The notes: a model not told the origin generated them from the sequence alone. 64,000 nt of DNA from an uncultured Bacillota bacterium (GCA_949284445.1 CASDVP010000006.1:48651-112650); one strand, 5' to 3'. Numbered from the stretch's first letter, positions 39,906 to 49,719 are shown. A program made the numbers and translations.

Positions 39906-42900
39906 ATGAGAAAAAGATATACTGCTAGTAAAATTTGTTTGACCGCTTTTTCATCTCTTTTAGGCATCTCTGTTTTAGCAACTGTCATCTGCAATGAAAA
40001 TGTCACGGCGATCAACACTGCTATAGGTACTTCCTCTTGGAAAAAGGTTCAAGTAGAAGAAAGCGATGAAAATACCGATACTGAGTATTACAAATCAGAT
40101 TATGAACATCTAGACGATGTGATCGCCGATACTGATAAACTTATCGAAGAGGAAATGGAAGAAGGCGCCGTTCTTATCAAGAACGAGAATAACGCACTCC
40201 CGTTAGCTCAGAATGCAAAAGTTACAACAGTTGGTTTGGCTTCAGCTGTTTCTAGTTTATCCTCATCTGGTTCTGTTGCCGGTTCCAGTGCTACTGGTCG
40301 TGAAGTCACTTTAAAGGCGGGCTTAGAGCATGCTGGTTTTACAGTCAATCCGACAGCTTGGGACTATTATAATGATGCGGATGTTCAATCTACTTATGGC
40401 ACTGTTAGAAATGGTATGAGCGCTCCTGGACCATTGATCCAAAAAGTTGGTGAAGTTCCGTGGGATGTCGCTAATGCTGCTTTCGGTTCATCTATCAGCC
40501 AATACGGCGATGCTGCTATCATGAACATCACTCGCGTCTCTGGAGAAGGCAATAAAGATGTCAACCGTTCTGGTACTACTAATACTCCTAATGGTGATGC
40601 TTTGACTTTATCTAATGAAGAGATGGGTGTTTTAAGAGGCTTAAAGGCTTTGAAAGATGCTGGCACAGTCAAAAAGATCATCGTCTTATTAAACTGCACT
40701 GCTTCTATCGATTTAGCTTTCTTAAATGACGCCCAGTATGGAATCGATGCTTGCTTACAGATTCAAACTGTTGGAACCACTGGTTTTAACGGCGTCGGTG
40801 ACTTGTTAGCTGGAAATGCTAATCCTTCCGGAAAGAGCAACGATACTTTGTGGTATCATAACGATCAAAATCCGACTCTTACCAATCAATTAGGCTATGA
40901 GTTTTTAAATCCTGAAAATTTAGCTTTACACACTTTGACAAATGGTCTCGGTGGCTATGAGGCTCACTATGTCGTCTATCAAGAAGGCATTTATTTAGGA
41001 TATCGTTATACTGAGACTCGTTATTCTGATTATGTGACTAATAGAGCCAACACTGGTGACTTCGATTATGCAACTACTGTTTCAGTTCCTTTCGGATATG
41101 GCTTATCTTACACTGATTTCTCTTATTCTAATTTTAAAGTGAGCAAAACTAGTGATGGCGATTATCAAGTCTCTGTCGATGTTAAAAACGATGGTAAGGT
41201 AGCTGGTAAGGACGTAGTTGAAGTCTTCTTACAAAAGCCTTATACCGAATACAACGTTGAAAATGGTATCGAAGCTAGTGCAGTCGAATTAGTCGGATAT
41301 AAGAAGACACCTTTAATCGATCCAGGCGATACTGAAAACATCACATTGATCGTCGATGATAGACAATTCGCTTCTTATGATGCTAATACTTCTAAAACTT
41401 ATGTTTTAACTCCAGGCGATTATTATTTGGGCATCGGTAATGGCGCTCATGATGCTGTCAATAACATCTTAGCTGCTCAAGGTCATACCCCTTCTAATAC
41501 TTCTGATCGTATGGATGCTGAAGGTGATGGTGATTTAGCTACTGTCGCTTTGACTCAAAAGAATCTTGATAACACCACTTATTCAAAATCTGAAGCTACT
41601 GGTAAAGAGATCACCAATCTCTTCGATAATTCTGACTTGAATAAATATGCTGAAACCAAAGAGAAATCACCTGTCACTTATATAACTAGAAACAACTGGC
41701 AAGGAACTGTTGTCTTAGATTCTCTTGATAATAATGATAGTTATACTAAGGTGACTATGACTTCCAAGATGCTTGAGGATTTCCGAAAAGGTTATACCGA
41801 AAGCGAACTCAAGAAGGATAACGTCAAATATCCTACCTATGGTGCCGATAACGGATTATCATTAATCAGCTTAAGACAAGATGCTGATGGTAATGATATC
41901 CCTTACGATGCTGATATTTGGGATACTTTCTTAGATCAGCTCACTTGGGATGATACAGTCCACCTTCTCTCTAATGGTATGAGATCTACTGCTGGTATCG
42001 AAGGCGTTATCGGTAAACCGGCAACCCTCGATCACAACGGTCCTTTAGGTGTCACTGAATTATTCGCTACCAATGAAAATGGTTTAGCTTATCAAAAAGG
42101 TGAAGATCCAACAGCTAGACCTTCTACTTTCCCTGCCGCTGGTGTTTTAGCTTCCACCATGAATTCTGAATTGATCGATAGAGTCGGTAAGATGTATGGT
42201 GAAAATTGCCTCTGGGCTGGTTATAAAGGAATTTATGGACCAGCTATGAATACACACCGTTCTCAATATTCTTCTCGTAATGCTGAATACTATTCTGAAG
42301 ACGGTTTCTTAGCCGGTAAGACTGCTGCTAGTCAAGTCGTTGGAATTCAATCAAAAGGTATCTATGCTTACATCAAACACTTCGCCTTAAACGATCAAGA
42401 GACTAATCGTTATGGTCTTTCTACTTGGCTCAATGAACAAAGCTTCCGTGAAATCTATTTAGAAGCTTTCCAAATCGCTATTGAAGAGGGCGATGCTCAT
42501 GCTATGATGAGTTCTTATAACCGTGTCGGCACTTCTGTCTCTGCTGCTACTTCTAATCTTGTCACCGATTGGTTGCGTGGTGAAGAAGGCTTTGATGGCT
42601 TCGTTGTCACTGATATGTATATCGAACAAGCATACGGAACTTTAACTTTCTATACCGGCTTGTTAAAAATGCCTTATGCTGTTTATTGCGGTAATGATTT
42701 AGTCGATGGTGCTAATGTCGATCATCAATTCGATGATTATAGACAAGGCTATGGTGAATTAGCTTGGAGAATGAGAGAATCTGCTAAACGTATTCTTTAT
42801 ACCGTCTGTCATTCAGCTGCCATGAACGGTTGGGACTCTAACACTAGATTAGTCCATGTTCTCACTCCTTACCAGATCGCATTGATCGCTGTTGATAGTA

Positions 42901-42986
42901 CCTTAGGTGTATTAACTGCTGCTTCTTTAGGTTTCTTCGGATTCGAATATTACGTCAAGAACATCAAGAAAAAGAAAGAAGATTAA
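39906..42986 (+). CDS. membrane-anchored GH3 glycosidase with permuted domain order (C-domain, Fn3, TIM barrel)
   Basis: EGAVLIKNENNALPL, YQEGIYLGYRY, PFGYGLSYTDF, RNAEYYSED, KHFALND, MSSYN, VVTD nucleophile. Hydrophobic helices at both termini. Confidence 0.93.
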   Translation: MRKRYTASKICLTAFSSLLGISVLATVICNENVTAINTAIGTSSWKKVQVEESDENTDTEYYKSDYEHLDDVIADTDKLIEEEMEEGAVLIKNENNALPLAQNAKVTTVGLASAVSSLSSSGSVAGSSATGREVTLKAGLEHAGFTVNPTAWDYYNDADVQSTYGTVRNGMSAPGPLIQKVGEVPWDVANAAFGSSISQYGDAAIMNITRVSGEGNKDVNRSGTTNTPNGDALTLSNEEMGVLRGLKALKDAGTVKKIIVLLNCTASIDLAFLNDAQYGIDACLQIQTVGTTGFNGVGDLLAGNANPSGKSNDTLWYHNDQNPTLTNQLGYEFLNPENLALHTLTNGLGGYEAHYVVYQEGIYLGYRYTETRYSDYVTNRANTGDFDYATTVSVPFGYGLSYTDFSYSNFKVSKTSDGDYQVSVDVKNDGKVAGKDVVEVFLQKPYTEYNVENGIEASAVELVGYKKTPLIDPGDTENITLIVDDRQFASYDANTSKTYVLTPGDYYLGIGNGAHDAVNNILAAQGHTPSNTSDRMDAEGDGDLATVALTQKNLDNTTYSKSEATGKEITNLFDNSDLNKYAETKEKSPVTYITRNNWQGTVVLDSLDNNDSYTKVTMTSKMLEDFRKGYTESELKKDNVKYPTYGADNGLSLISLRQDADGNDIPYDADIWDTFLDQLTWDDTVHLLSNGMRSTAGIEGVIGKPATLDHNGPLGVTELFATNENGLAYQKGEDPTARPSTFPAAGVLASTMNSELIDRVGKMYGENCLWAGYKGIYGPAMNTHRSQYSSRNAEYYSEDGFLAGKTAASQVVGIQSKGIYAYIKHFALNDQETNRYGLSTWLNEQSFREIYLEAFQIAIEEGDAHAMMSSYNRVGTSVSAATSNLVTDWLRGEEGFDGFVVTDMYIEQAYGTLTFYTGLLKMPYAVYCGNDLVDGANVDHQFDDYRQGYGELAWRMRESAKRILYTVCHSAAMNGWDSNTRLVHVLTPYQIALIAVDSTLGVLTAASLGFFGFEYYVKNIKKKKED

Positions 42987-43002
42987 TCATCAGAAGTAAA
43001 AT

Positions 43003-43037
43003 AAAAGGATGTGGTCGCTTATGATCACATCCTTTTT
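43003..43037. terminator. intrinsic terminator after GH3, possibly bidirectional
   Basis: AAAAGGATGTGGTC-GCTTAT-GATCACATCCTTTTT. Confidence 0.85.
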
Positions 43038-43444
43038 GTATTTTGTCAGATATTTTTTCTTATTCCTTGAGTTTTTTGTTGTATTTATTTGTTAATAATA
43101 TTGAAGAAAGAACCATTAAGACAATGTTTAAAAGAATACAACTGAGAATTCCTAAAAAAGTCAAATTAGCGATTGATAAATTGACAAAATGGTTTATGAC
43201 AGAACAAATGATTATTGCAAAGACTAAACTAGAAGACTGATTCTTTGACGCATACAAATAAAAAGCAAAAATAGGCACTGCATTTTTATATACAAGCGTA
43301 ATTATAACTACATTGTACAGACGACTCCTTTTCAGTGCCTAATTACAAAAACAAAGAATTATATTCAGCTCAATAATGTAAAAAACTATACAAGTTAAGA
43401 ATTATTCTTTTTTCGAAAAATAAAAGGGTGTATAATATTATCAT

Positions 43445-43458
43445 TGAAAGCGTTTACA
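43445..43458 (+). promoter_or_regulatory. cre (CcpA/LacI-family) site in the glgCDA leader
   Basis: TGAAAGCGTTTACA matches TGWAANCGNTNWCA; lies between -10 TATAAT and SD GGAGG. Confidence 0.75.
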
Positions 43459-43470
43459 CAGGAGGCTATC

Positions 43471-44577
43471 ATGAAAGAAGAGATGGTTGCCATGATTTTA
43501 GCCGGTGGTAGAGGTACCCGCCTTAAGTCGTTGACTAGCAAAATTGCTAAGCCAGCGGTTTTTTTTGGTGGCAAATATCGTATCATCGACTTCGTTTTGT
43601 CGAATGTCGCAAATTCCGGTATAAATTGTGTTGGTGTTGCTACACAATATGAATCGACTGTTTTAAACAATTATATCGGTACAGGTGCTAGTTGGGGTTT
43701 AAACGGCACAGGTGCTTTAACTTCAATCTTACCACCGAGAGAAACACCGGAAGGTGCTAGTTGGTATTTAGGAACTGCAGATGCCATCTATCAGAACATC
43801 GATTGGTTAGATAAGACGCATTGCGAATATGTGGTCATTCTTTCTGGTGATCATATTTATAAAATGGACTATTCGGAAATGCTCAAGTTCCATAAGAAGA
43901 ACGGTGCAGATGTCACTATTGCCTGCATCGATGTGCCGCTTGAAGAAGCATCTCGTTTCGGTATCATCGTCGCTGATAAAGAACATAAGATTTTAGAGTT
44001 CCAAGAGAAGCCAAAGAATCCGAAGTCTACTTTAGCTTCTATGGGTATTTATATCTTCACCTATAAATTGCTAAGAGATGCTCTTATCAAAGATCATAAT
44101 GCTGAAAAGACCGAGCACGATTTCGGTAAGAATATTCTTCCTTATTTATTAAGCAATGGAAAAAGTTTATATGCTTATCCTTTCTCTGGCTATTGGAAGG
44201 ATGTCGGAACCATTAAGTCATTGTGGGAATCCAATATGGACTTATTAGATTCTGACTGCTTATTACATCTTTTCTCAAAAGATTTTAAAATTTATTCAGC
44301 TGATACTTGCTCTCGTCCACAATATATTTCTCCTAGTGCTGAAGTCACAAATTCCATCATCAATCAAGGCGCTGTTGTAAAAGGTAAAGTGGACCACTCT
44401 ATAATTTCTAATGAAGCAGTTATCGAACCAGGTGCGGAGGTTGTCAATTCATTCATCATGCCTGGAGCTGTGATTAAAAAAGGCGTAAAAGTTAATTATG
44501 CTATCATCGGAAGTAAGACTATAGTTTCTAATGATAAGATAGGAAAAGACGGGGATATCATCCTCGTTAACGACTAG
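43471..44577 (+). CDS. glgC: glucose-1-phosphate adenylyltransferase
   Basis: ILAGGRGTRL...AKPAV.FGGKYRIIDF, GTADA, LSGDHIYKMDY, SMGIYIF, HDFGK, YWKDVGT. Start ATG 43471. Confidence 0.96.
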   Translation: MKEEMVAMILAGGRGTRLKSLTSKIAKPAVFFGGKYRIIDFVLSNVANSGINCVGVATQYESTVLNNYIGTGASWGLNGTGALTSILPPRETPEGASWYLGTADAIYQNIDWLDKTHCEYVVILSGDHIYKMDYSEMLKFHKKNGADVTIACIDVPLEEASRFGIIVADKEHKILEFQEKPKNPKSTLASMGIYIFTYKLLRDALIKDHNAEKTEHDFGKNILPYLLSNGKSLYAYPFSGYWKDVGTIKSLWESNMDLLDSDCLLHLFSKDFKIYSADTCSRPQYISPSAEVTNSIINQGAVVKGKVDHSIISNEAVIEPGAEVVNSFIMPGAVIKKGVKVNYAIIGSKTIVSNDKIGKDGDIILVND

Positions 44578-44591
44578 GGAGGTAAACTACA

Positions 44592-45707
44592 ATGGCTATT
44601 AAAGTATTAGGTCTAGTCGATTGTTTTAATAATCCTGATTTCGGCCCGATGACCAAACATCGCGCTATCGCTTCCACTTCATTTTTAGGACGTTATGCGT
44701 TTGTTGATTTTGTTTTATCTAATTTTTTGAATTCGAAGATTCCTTCCATCGGCATTTTATGTCAACATCATATCAGATCATTGACAAGACACGTCGGCAG
44801 TGGAAGAACTTGGATCACTAATACGAAAATCGGTGATTTCCATGTTTTATATGATGAACCAAATATCTCCAATTTTTCATATAATACCGACGTTGCTGAC
44901 TTGATTGAAAATCGTTGGTTTTTAAAACAAGTGAATCCAGATTATGTGGTCATCTCTTCACCACATATTGTGTTCCAAGAAGATTTTTCACAGCTTTTAG
45001 CTGATCATATCGCATCAAAAAGCCGTATTTCTCTTCTCTATGCTCACGTCACAGGTTTAAAGAATTCTTTTATCAATGCTAGAAAAGTTTATATTTCTGA
45101 TCGCGGTAAAGTCACTAAATTCGAGATCAATCGCGGTGAGAATGATGAAGGCGATGTCTCTTTAGGAACGATGATCTTAGACTATCCAATGTTAGAGAAC
45201 CTCATCGAATATGCTTCTGGAACATCCTCATTCTTTTCATTAGCTGATGCTTTGAATTATGTTTCACCATCTGTTTTGATCAGAGCTGTTAAACACAACG
45301 GATATGTCAGATCATTTGATTCTTTAAAGCATTACCTCAAGTATTCTTTAGAGCTTTTAGATGAGAATGTATATAGCACACTCTTTAAAGAGAATTGGCC
45401 TATCTATACAAAAACTTATGACACACCGCCGACATTATATAAACCCGGTGCTTTAGTAAAAAACTCCACTATCGCTAACGGTTCTATCATTGAAGGCACA
45501 GTCATCAATTCTATCGTCGGCCGTGATGTGAAAGTTCGCAAAGGTGTCGTGATCAAGAACTCGGTCATCGGCTCTGGTGCAGTCATCGATGTCAACACTC
45601 ATATCGAAAATGCTATCGTTGATAAAGAAGCTCAAGTTTTACACGTTTCTGAAGTCATCGGAACTTTAGATGATCCTCTTTATATTGCTAGAGGAGATAT
45701 AGTTTAA
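44592..45707 (+). CDS. glgD: glucose-1-phosphate adenylyltransferase subunit GlgD
   Basis: GlgC paralogue lacking the GGRG motif; FLGRYAFVDFVLSN, YTKTYDTPPT; located between glgC and glgA. Confidence 0.9.
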   Translation: MAIKVLGLVDCFNNPDFGPMTKHRAIASTSFLGRYAFVDFVLSNFLNSKIPSIGILCQHHIRSLTRHVGSGRTWITNTKIGDFHVLYDEPNISNFSYNTDVADLIENRWFLKQVNPDYVVISSPHIVFQEDFSQLLADHIASKSRISLLYAHVTGLKNSFINARKVYISDRGKVTKFEINRGENDEGDVSLGTMILDYPMLENLIEYASGTSSFFSLADALNYVSPSVLIRAVKHNGYVRSFDSLKHYLKYSLELLDENVYSTLFKENWPIYTKTYDTPPTLYKPGALVKNSTIANGSIIEGTVINSIVGRDVKVRKGVVIKNSVIGSGAVIDVNTHIENAIVDKEAQVLHVSEVIGTLDDPLYIARGDIV

Positions 45708-47116
45708 TGAAAATCCTTTTAGTCTCAGGTGAAGCTCTTCCGTTTTGTAAATCGGGTGGTTTAGCTGACTTTATCTTTTCTTTTAGCAAAGCTTTAGTCA
45801 AGGAAAATCAACAAGTCTCTGTCATCCTTCCATTCTATCAATCGATCAGAGAAAAGCATCCAGAGATCATGCATGGCTTTTATGATTCTTTTGATTTTTA
45901 TATGAACTGGAGACAGCAGGGATGTGGTGTCTTTAAGCAAACAGTCAGCGGTGTTGATTATTACTTTTTAGCGATGGATGAATGGTTTAATAGACCGAAT
46001 CTTTATGGCTATGACGATGATATCGCTCGTTTTGCTAGCTTCATGATGGCTGTGAACACTTTTATCACTAGACATAATGTCTTTGATGTCGTCCATTGTA
46101 ATGATTGGCAGACTGCTGTTTTACCTTTACTATTGAGATATAATCCTAACCCGATAAAAACCGTCTTGACCATTCATAATCCTGCTTATCAAGGATATGC
46201 TCGAAGAGAAGACTTATCTAAATACTTCAATCTTCACACTGACTACTTCGATTCTGGCTTAGTGAGAATGGGAGATAGCTTCAACTTTTTAAAGACCGGT
46301 ATCATGACCGCTGATAAGATCTCTACTGTCTCTAGAACTCATTGCCAAGAATTATTACGTGATCATGATAGTTTTGGTGGTATCGGCGCTATCATCGATT
46401 GGTGCAGACACAATGATTTCGTAGGCATTGTTAATGGGTTAGATACGGACTTATGGAATCCTGTTACCGATAAACATCTTTACCAGAACTATTCAGTTGA
46501 TAATTATATAGAAGGTAAGAAAGCTAATAAGTTGGCTCTCTTGAATTCTTTAGGAATATCAGCTGATTTTAAAGGACCGCTCTATTCAGCTATCACACGT
46601 CTCTCTGCGCAAAAAGGCGTTGAAAGAATCATTCAATGCATGCCACAGTTGAAAGCTGCAGATGCGCGTTTGATCGTCATCGGCACAGGTGAGATGGAAG
46701 ATAATTTCTTATATAATGCCTTACAATATCCAGAAGTTTACTTCATCAAGAGATATGATGAGAACCTCGCTCATGTTCTTTATGCTGCTAGCGATTATTT
46801 CTTGATGCCGTCTTATTTTGAGCCTTGTGGAACCAGTCAACTCATCTCGATGCGTTATGGCACTGTTCCGATAGTCTCTAATGTTGGTGGTTTAAACGAT
46901 ACTGTTAAAGATCTCTCTCGCGGAGATGAAGCGACCGGTTTTGTCTTCAATAATAAAGATTATTTCGGCTTTATCAATTGCTTCTATGCATCAGCTTCAT
47001 ATTTCTATAATCCTGGTCTTAAACGCGAGATTATAAATGGTATGAAAGGTGATTATGGTTGGCATCTTTCCGCTAAGGAATATCTGAATCTCTATAACTC
47101 TATAACTTGGAAATAA
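45707..47116 (+). CDS. glgA: glycogen synthase
   Basis: EALPFCKSGGLAD, HCNDWQT, TIHN, PSYFEPCG, VGGLNDTV. Confidence 0.96.
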   Translation: MKILLVSGEALPFCKSGGLADFIFSFSKALVKENQQVSVILPFYQSIREKHPEIMHGFYDSFDFYMNWRQQGCGVFKQTVSGVDYYFLAMDEWFNRPNLYGYDDDIARFASFMMAVNTFITRHNVFDVVHCNDWQTAVLPLLLRYNPNPIKTVLTIHNPAYQGYARREDLSKYFNLHTDYFDSGLVRMGDSFNFLKTGIMTADKISTVSRTHCQELLRDHDSFGGIGAIIDWCRHNDFVGIVNGLDTDLWNPVTDKHLYQNYSVDNYIEGKKANKLALLNSLGISADFKGPLYSAITRLSAQKGVERIIQCMPQLKAADARLIVIGTGEMEDNFLYNALQYPEVYFIKRYDENLAHVLYAASDYFLMPSYFEPCGTSQLISMRYGTVPIVSNVGGLNDTVKDLSRGDEATGFVFNNKDYFGFINCFYASASYFYNPGLKREIINGMKGDYGWHLSAKEYLNLYNSITWK

Positions 47117-47142
47117 ACATTCTTAGAACGATTTGATTTCAT

Positions 47143-47176
47143 AAACTATGGTCATCAACTTGATCATAGTTTTTTT
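47143..47176 (+). terminator. intrinsic terminator of glgCDA
   Basis: AAACTATGGTCA-TCAACT-TGATCATAGTTT followed by a T tract. Confidence 0.8.
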
Positions 47177-47194
47177 GTTGGATTATATAAGCAT

Positions 47195-47220
47195 AAAAAA
47201 AGCTGAGCTAAATGCTCAGC
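47195..47220 (-). terminator. intrinsic terminator of rpmB
   Basis: GCTGAGC-ATTTA-GCTCAGC-TTTTTTT on the minus strand. Confidence 0.8.
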
Positions 47221-47232
47221 AGATTTATATTA

Positions 47233-47457
47233 TTAGGCGGCAACAGCTTCAGCTGGTTTAGTTTCTTTAGCTTTAGCGTTCTTTCTTAAAGTACGGATAG
47301 CAGCAGTAGAAACTCTGATTCTTTGTTTCTTGCCATCAACAACAACAGTTGTCCATTGTAAGTTGACATTGAAACGACGACGATTATGTCTCATAGAGTG
47401 AGAGACATAGTTACCAGACATCGGTCCTTTACCGGTAAGTGGACATTTTCTTGACAT
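47233..47457 (-). CDS. rpmB: 50S ribosomal protein L28
   Basis: MSRKCPLTGKGPMSGNYVSHS...RRFNVNLQ. Start ATG 47457 after GGAGGAG. Confidence 0.97.
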   Translation of the reverse strand: MSRKCPLTGKGPMSGNYVSHSMRHNRRRFNVNLQWTTVVVDGKKQRIRVSTAAIRTLRKNAKAKETKPAEAVAA

Positions 47458-47575
47458 AGTAATCTCCTCCAAACTTATATAATCACAATAAAAACGTGCT
47501 TTAAAATAATATCATAATCGCGTTTATGTTTCAATCAAAAATTACGTCATTTTTTATAATATTAAAATTGCCTTT

Positions 47576-47611
47576 AAAAAAGCCTTTGACCGATCAGGCG
47601 ATCAAAGGCTT
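47576..47611 (-). terminator. intrinsic terminator of the MFS permease
   Basis: AAGCCTTTGATCG-CCTGAT-CGGTCAAAGGCTTTTT on the minus strand. Confidence 0.8.
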
Positions 47612-47632
47612 AATTTTGTAATTTGTGAGAGA

Positions 47633-49558
47633 TTAAGCTAAGTTAGAATTTCTTTCCTCAGCAGCTGCTTCTCTTAATTTTAAGAATTCACGTTCGGTTT
47701 CATCATCGAAAGCAGTATTCATCTTTGGCTCTTCTTTAGGCTTCTTCTGCTCAGCTTCAGTTTTCTTTCTTTCAGCTTCAGCTTTCTTATTAGCACGATC
47801 AGTTTCGTACTTCTGTAATTCATCTTCAAAGACTAATTCTACTAACTTAGTAGGTTTACCGGCATCTTTGAGTTGATGATACTTTGCATTGTTCTTCTCA
47901 ACATGTCTACGTAAGTTTTCGATTTCTTCTTGATGGACTTGTTCTTCAGCCTCAGCTTGTTCTTGTTCGAGTCTAATTTCAGGATCAACCCATTCAGCAC
48001 CTTTTCTAATAGCGAGCTCTTTTTGGTCGCTAGTGATTGCTTGCTTATCTAATTTCGAGAAGCGCTCAACACCCATAAATAAGAAGATTAGACCGATCAA
48101 TAAGTAGCAGATAGATTCACCGCCGAAATAGATGAAGGTATTGGCAATTCTCCAGGTTTCAACGTTAGAAGAAATAGCAGGATTATTATTAATAAGGTTG
48201 ATAATAGCATTAGCGATACCAGGCATAGCAATCATGATAGAACCATAAACAGCCATTGAGAAACCATCAGTTCTGACACCATAGATAGCTTCTTGATGCT
48301 CTAAGACATCTGATAATAAAGCCATAGAGATATACATAGCAGGAACAGTACCGATAGATTTTAAGCAGAAAGCGGTGATAGAAATACCCCAAACAGCTGA
48401 AGTATTGTCGGCTAAAGGTAAGACTAAGAATCCTAAGCACCCCATTATGAAGGCTAAGAAACCACCGACTTTAATGCAGTTTGCTTTACCGAATTTTCTA
48501 GCTAATGGCCAAATGACTAACATACCTAAAGCAGTAGGAATAGCACCTACAGTATTGATAGTTCCAGCTAATTTGGTTTGGTTAGCACCTAAGAAAGCTT
48601 GGGAGAACCAAGTAGCATCATTATTTTTCAACATACCACCTAATTGATAGAGGAAGTAGAAGATGATAATCATCCACCAGAATTTATCACGTGTACAGAT
48701 CTTAATCTGTTGACTCATAGGAACCTTTTTGGTTTCTAATGCAACATTGTCAGAAGAGTTAGCAATCTTTAATTTTAGTTTTTCCTCAGTGATTCTTTCT
48801 CTAGTGAAATAATATTCTAATAAACAACCGATTACTTGAACACCGATTAAGATAGCCATTAAGATGACCCATTTGCTGTTTGCAGCACTTCTCGCAGCTT
48901 CATCAGCGAGTTGACCAGTTTCTGCACCAGCAGGGAGCAATCCTAAAGCATCAATAAAGAATGGTGCAACCATACCTGCAGCTCCAGACGCAACAATTTG
49001 AGCAGCATTTGAAGCAGTAGCTAATAAGGATCTCTTAGATCTATCACGTGTGGAAAGGTTGACTAAAGCAGAGTGAGATGTGTAATAGAACGGATAAGCT
49101 ACAGCGAAGTATAGGTTATAACCTAAAGCGATAAATACCAATGTTAACCAATTTGGATCTTGAGCTGTGGCTCCTTTAGGAAATGGAACTAAGAAGAGGA
49201 TTAAGAGAGCAATAGCCATTAATGGCATACCGATTAGAATGAATGGACGAGCTTTACCAGCGATTGATGGCTTTCTTTCGAATAATCTACCGACTAGTAA
49301 ATTACCAATGACGATGATGATGGCAGAAACTAATGGTAATAACCATGTGAATGTATAAGCCCATTCACCTAAACCTAAAACATTACGCCAATACTGACTT
49401 AAATAAGTGTTGACAACACTATTTGCAATAAGGGCGAATGCTGGACCGACTAAGTAGCCAAATGCAGCTTCTGGAACGAGTTTTACATTGGCAGACTTAA
49501 TCTTTGTAGAGAGCATAGGAGTTTCAAAGAAACTTTTTTTTGCGTCTGTTGTTTCCAT
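47633..49558 (-). CDS. GPH-family (MelB/UidB-like) MFS sugar:cation symporter with charged C-terminal extension
   Basis: About 12 TM helices, GKARPFIL, LVNLSTRD...RS, LLSDVLEHQE..YG.R.DG. Confidence 0.88.
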   Translation of the reverse strand: METTDAKKSFFETPMLSTKIKSANVKLVPEAAFGYLVGPAFALIANSVVNTYLSQYWRNVLGLGEWAYTFTWLLPLVSAIIIVIGNLLVGRLFERKPSIAGKARPFILIGMPLMAIALLILFLVPFPKGATAQDPNWLTLVFIALGYNLYFAVAYPFYYTSHSALVNLSTRDRSKRSLLATASNAAQIVASGAAGMVAPFFIDALGLLPAGAETGQLADEAARSAANSKWVILMAILIGVQVIGCLLEYYFTRERITEEKLKLKIANSSDNVALETKKVPMSQQIKICTRDKFWWMIIIFYFLYQLGGMLKNNDATWFSQAFLGANQTKLAGTINTVGAIPTALGMLVIWPLARKFGKANCIKVGGFLAFIMGCLGFLVLPLADNTSAVWGISITAFCLKSIGTVPAMYISMALLSDVLEHQEAIYGVRTDGFSMAVYGSIMIAMPGIANAIINLINNNPAISSNVETWRIANTFIYFGGESICYLLIGLIFLFMGVERFSKLDKQAITSDQKELAIRKGAEWVDPEIRLEQEQAEAEEQVHQEEIENLRRHVEKNNAKYHQLKDAGKPTKLVELVFEDELQKYETDRANKKAEAERKKTEAEQKKPKEEPKMNTAFDDETEREFLKLREAAAEERNSNLA

Positions 49559-49586
49559 ATAGATGTTTTCCTTTCAATTTGAGCTT

Positions 49587-49607
49587 CATAGCAAACATTA
49601 TGCTATG
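49587..49607. promoter_or_regulatory. 7-7-7 inverted repeat in the MFS leader
   Basis: CATAGCA-N7-TGCTATG just downstream of the predicted -10. Confidence 0.45.
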
Positions 49608-49614
49608 CACTTCT

Positions 49615-49671
49615 ATAATAGAATAGCGCTTACAAGGCGTAAATAGCAAATTGTTTTTCATAAGATATCAA
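49615..49671 (-). promoter_or_regulatory. MFS promoter: tandem TTG(A/C)TAT boxes, weak -35, cre-like site in the spacer, -10 TATTAT
   Basis: Minus strand TTGATAT (49671-65) and TTGCTAT (49649-43), 22 bp apart. TGTAAGCGCTATTC at 49634-21; TATTAT at 49620-15. Confidence 0.55.
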
Positions 49672-49719
49672 AAAATAATCTTTTTTTGTCAACGCGGCTT
49701 TTTGGAAATATCTTTATTT

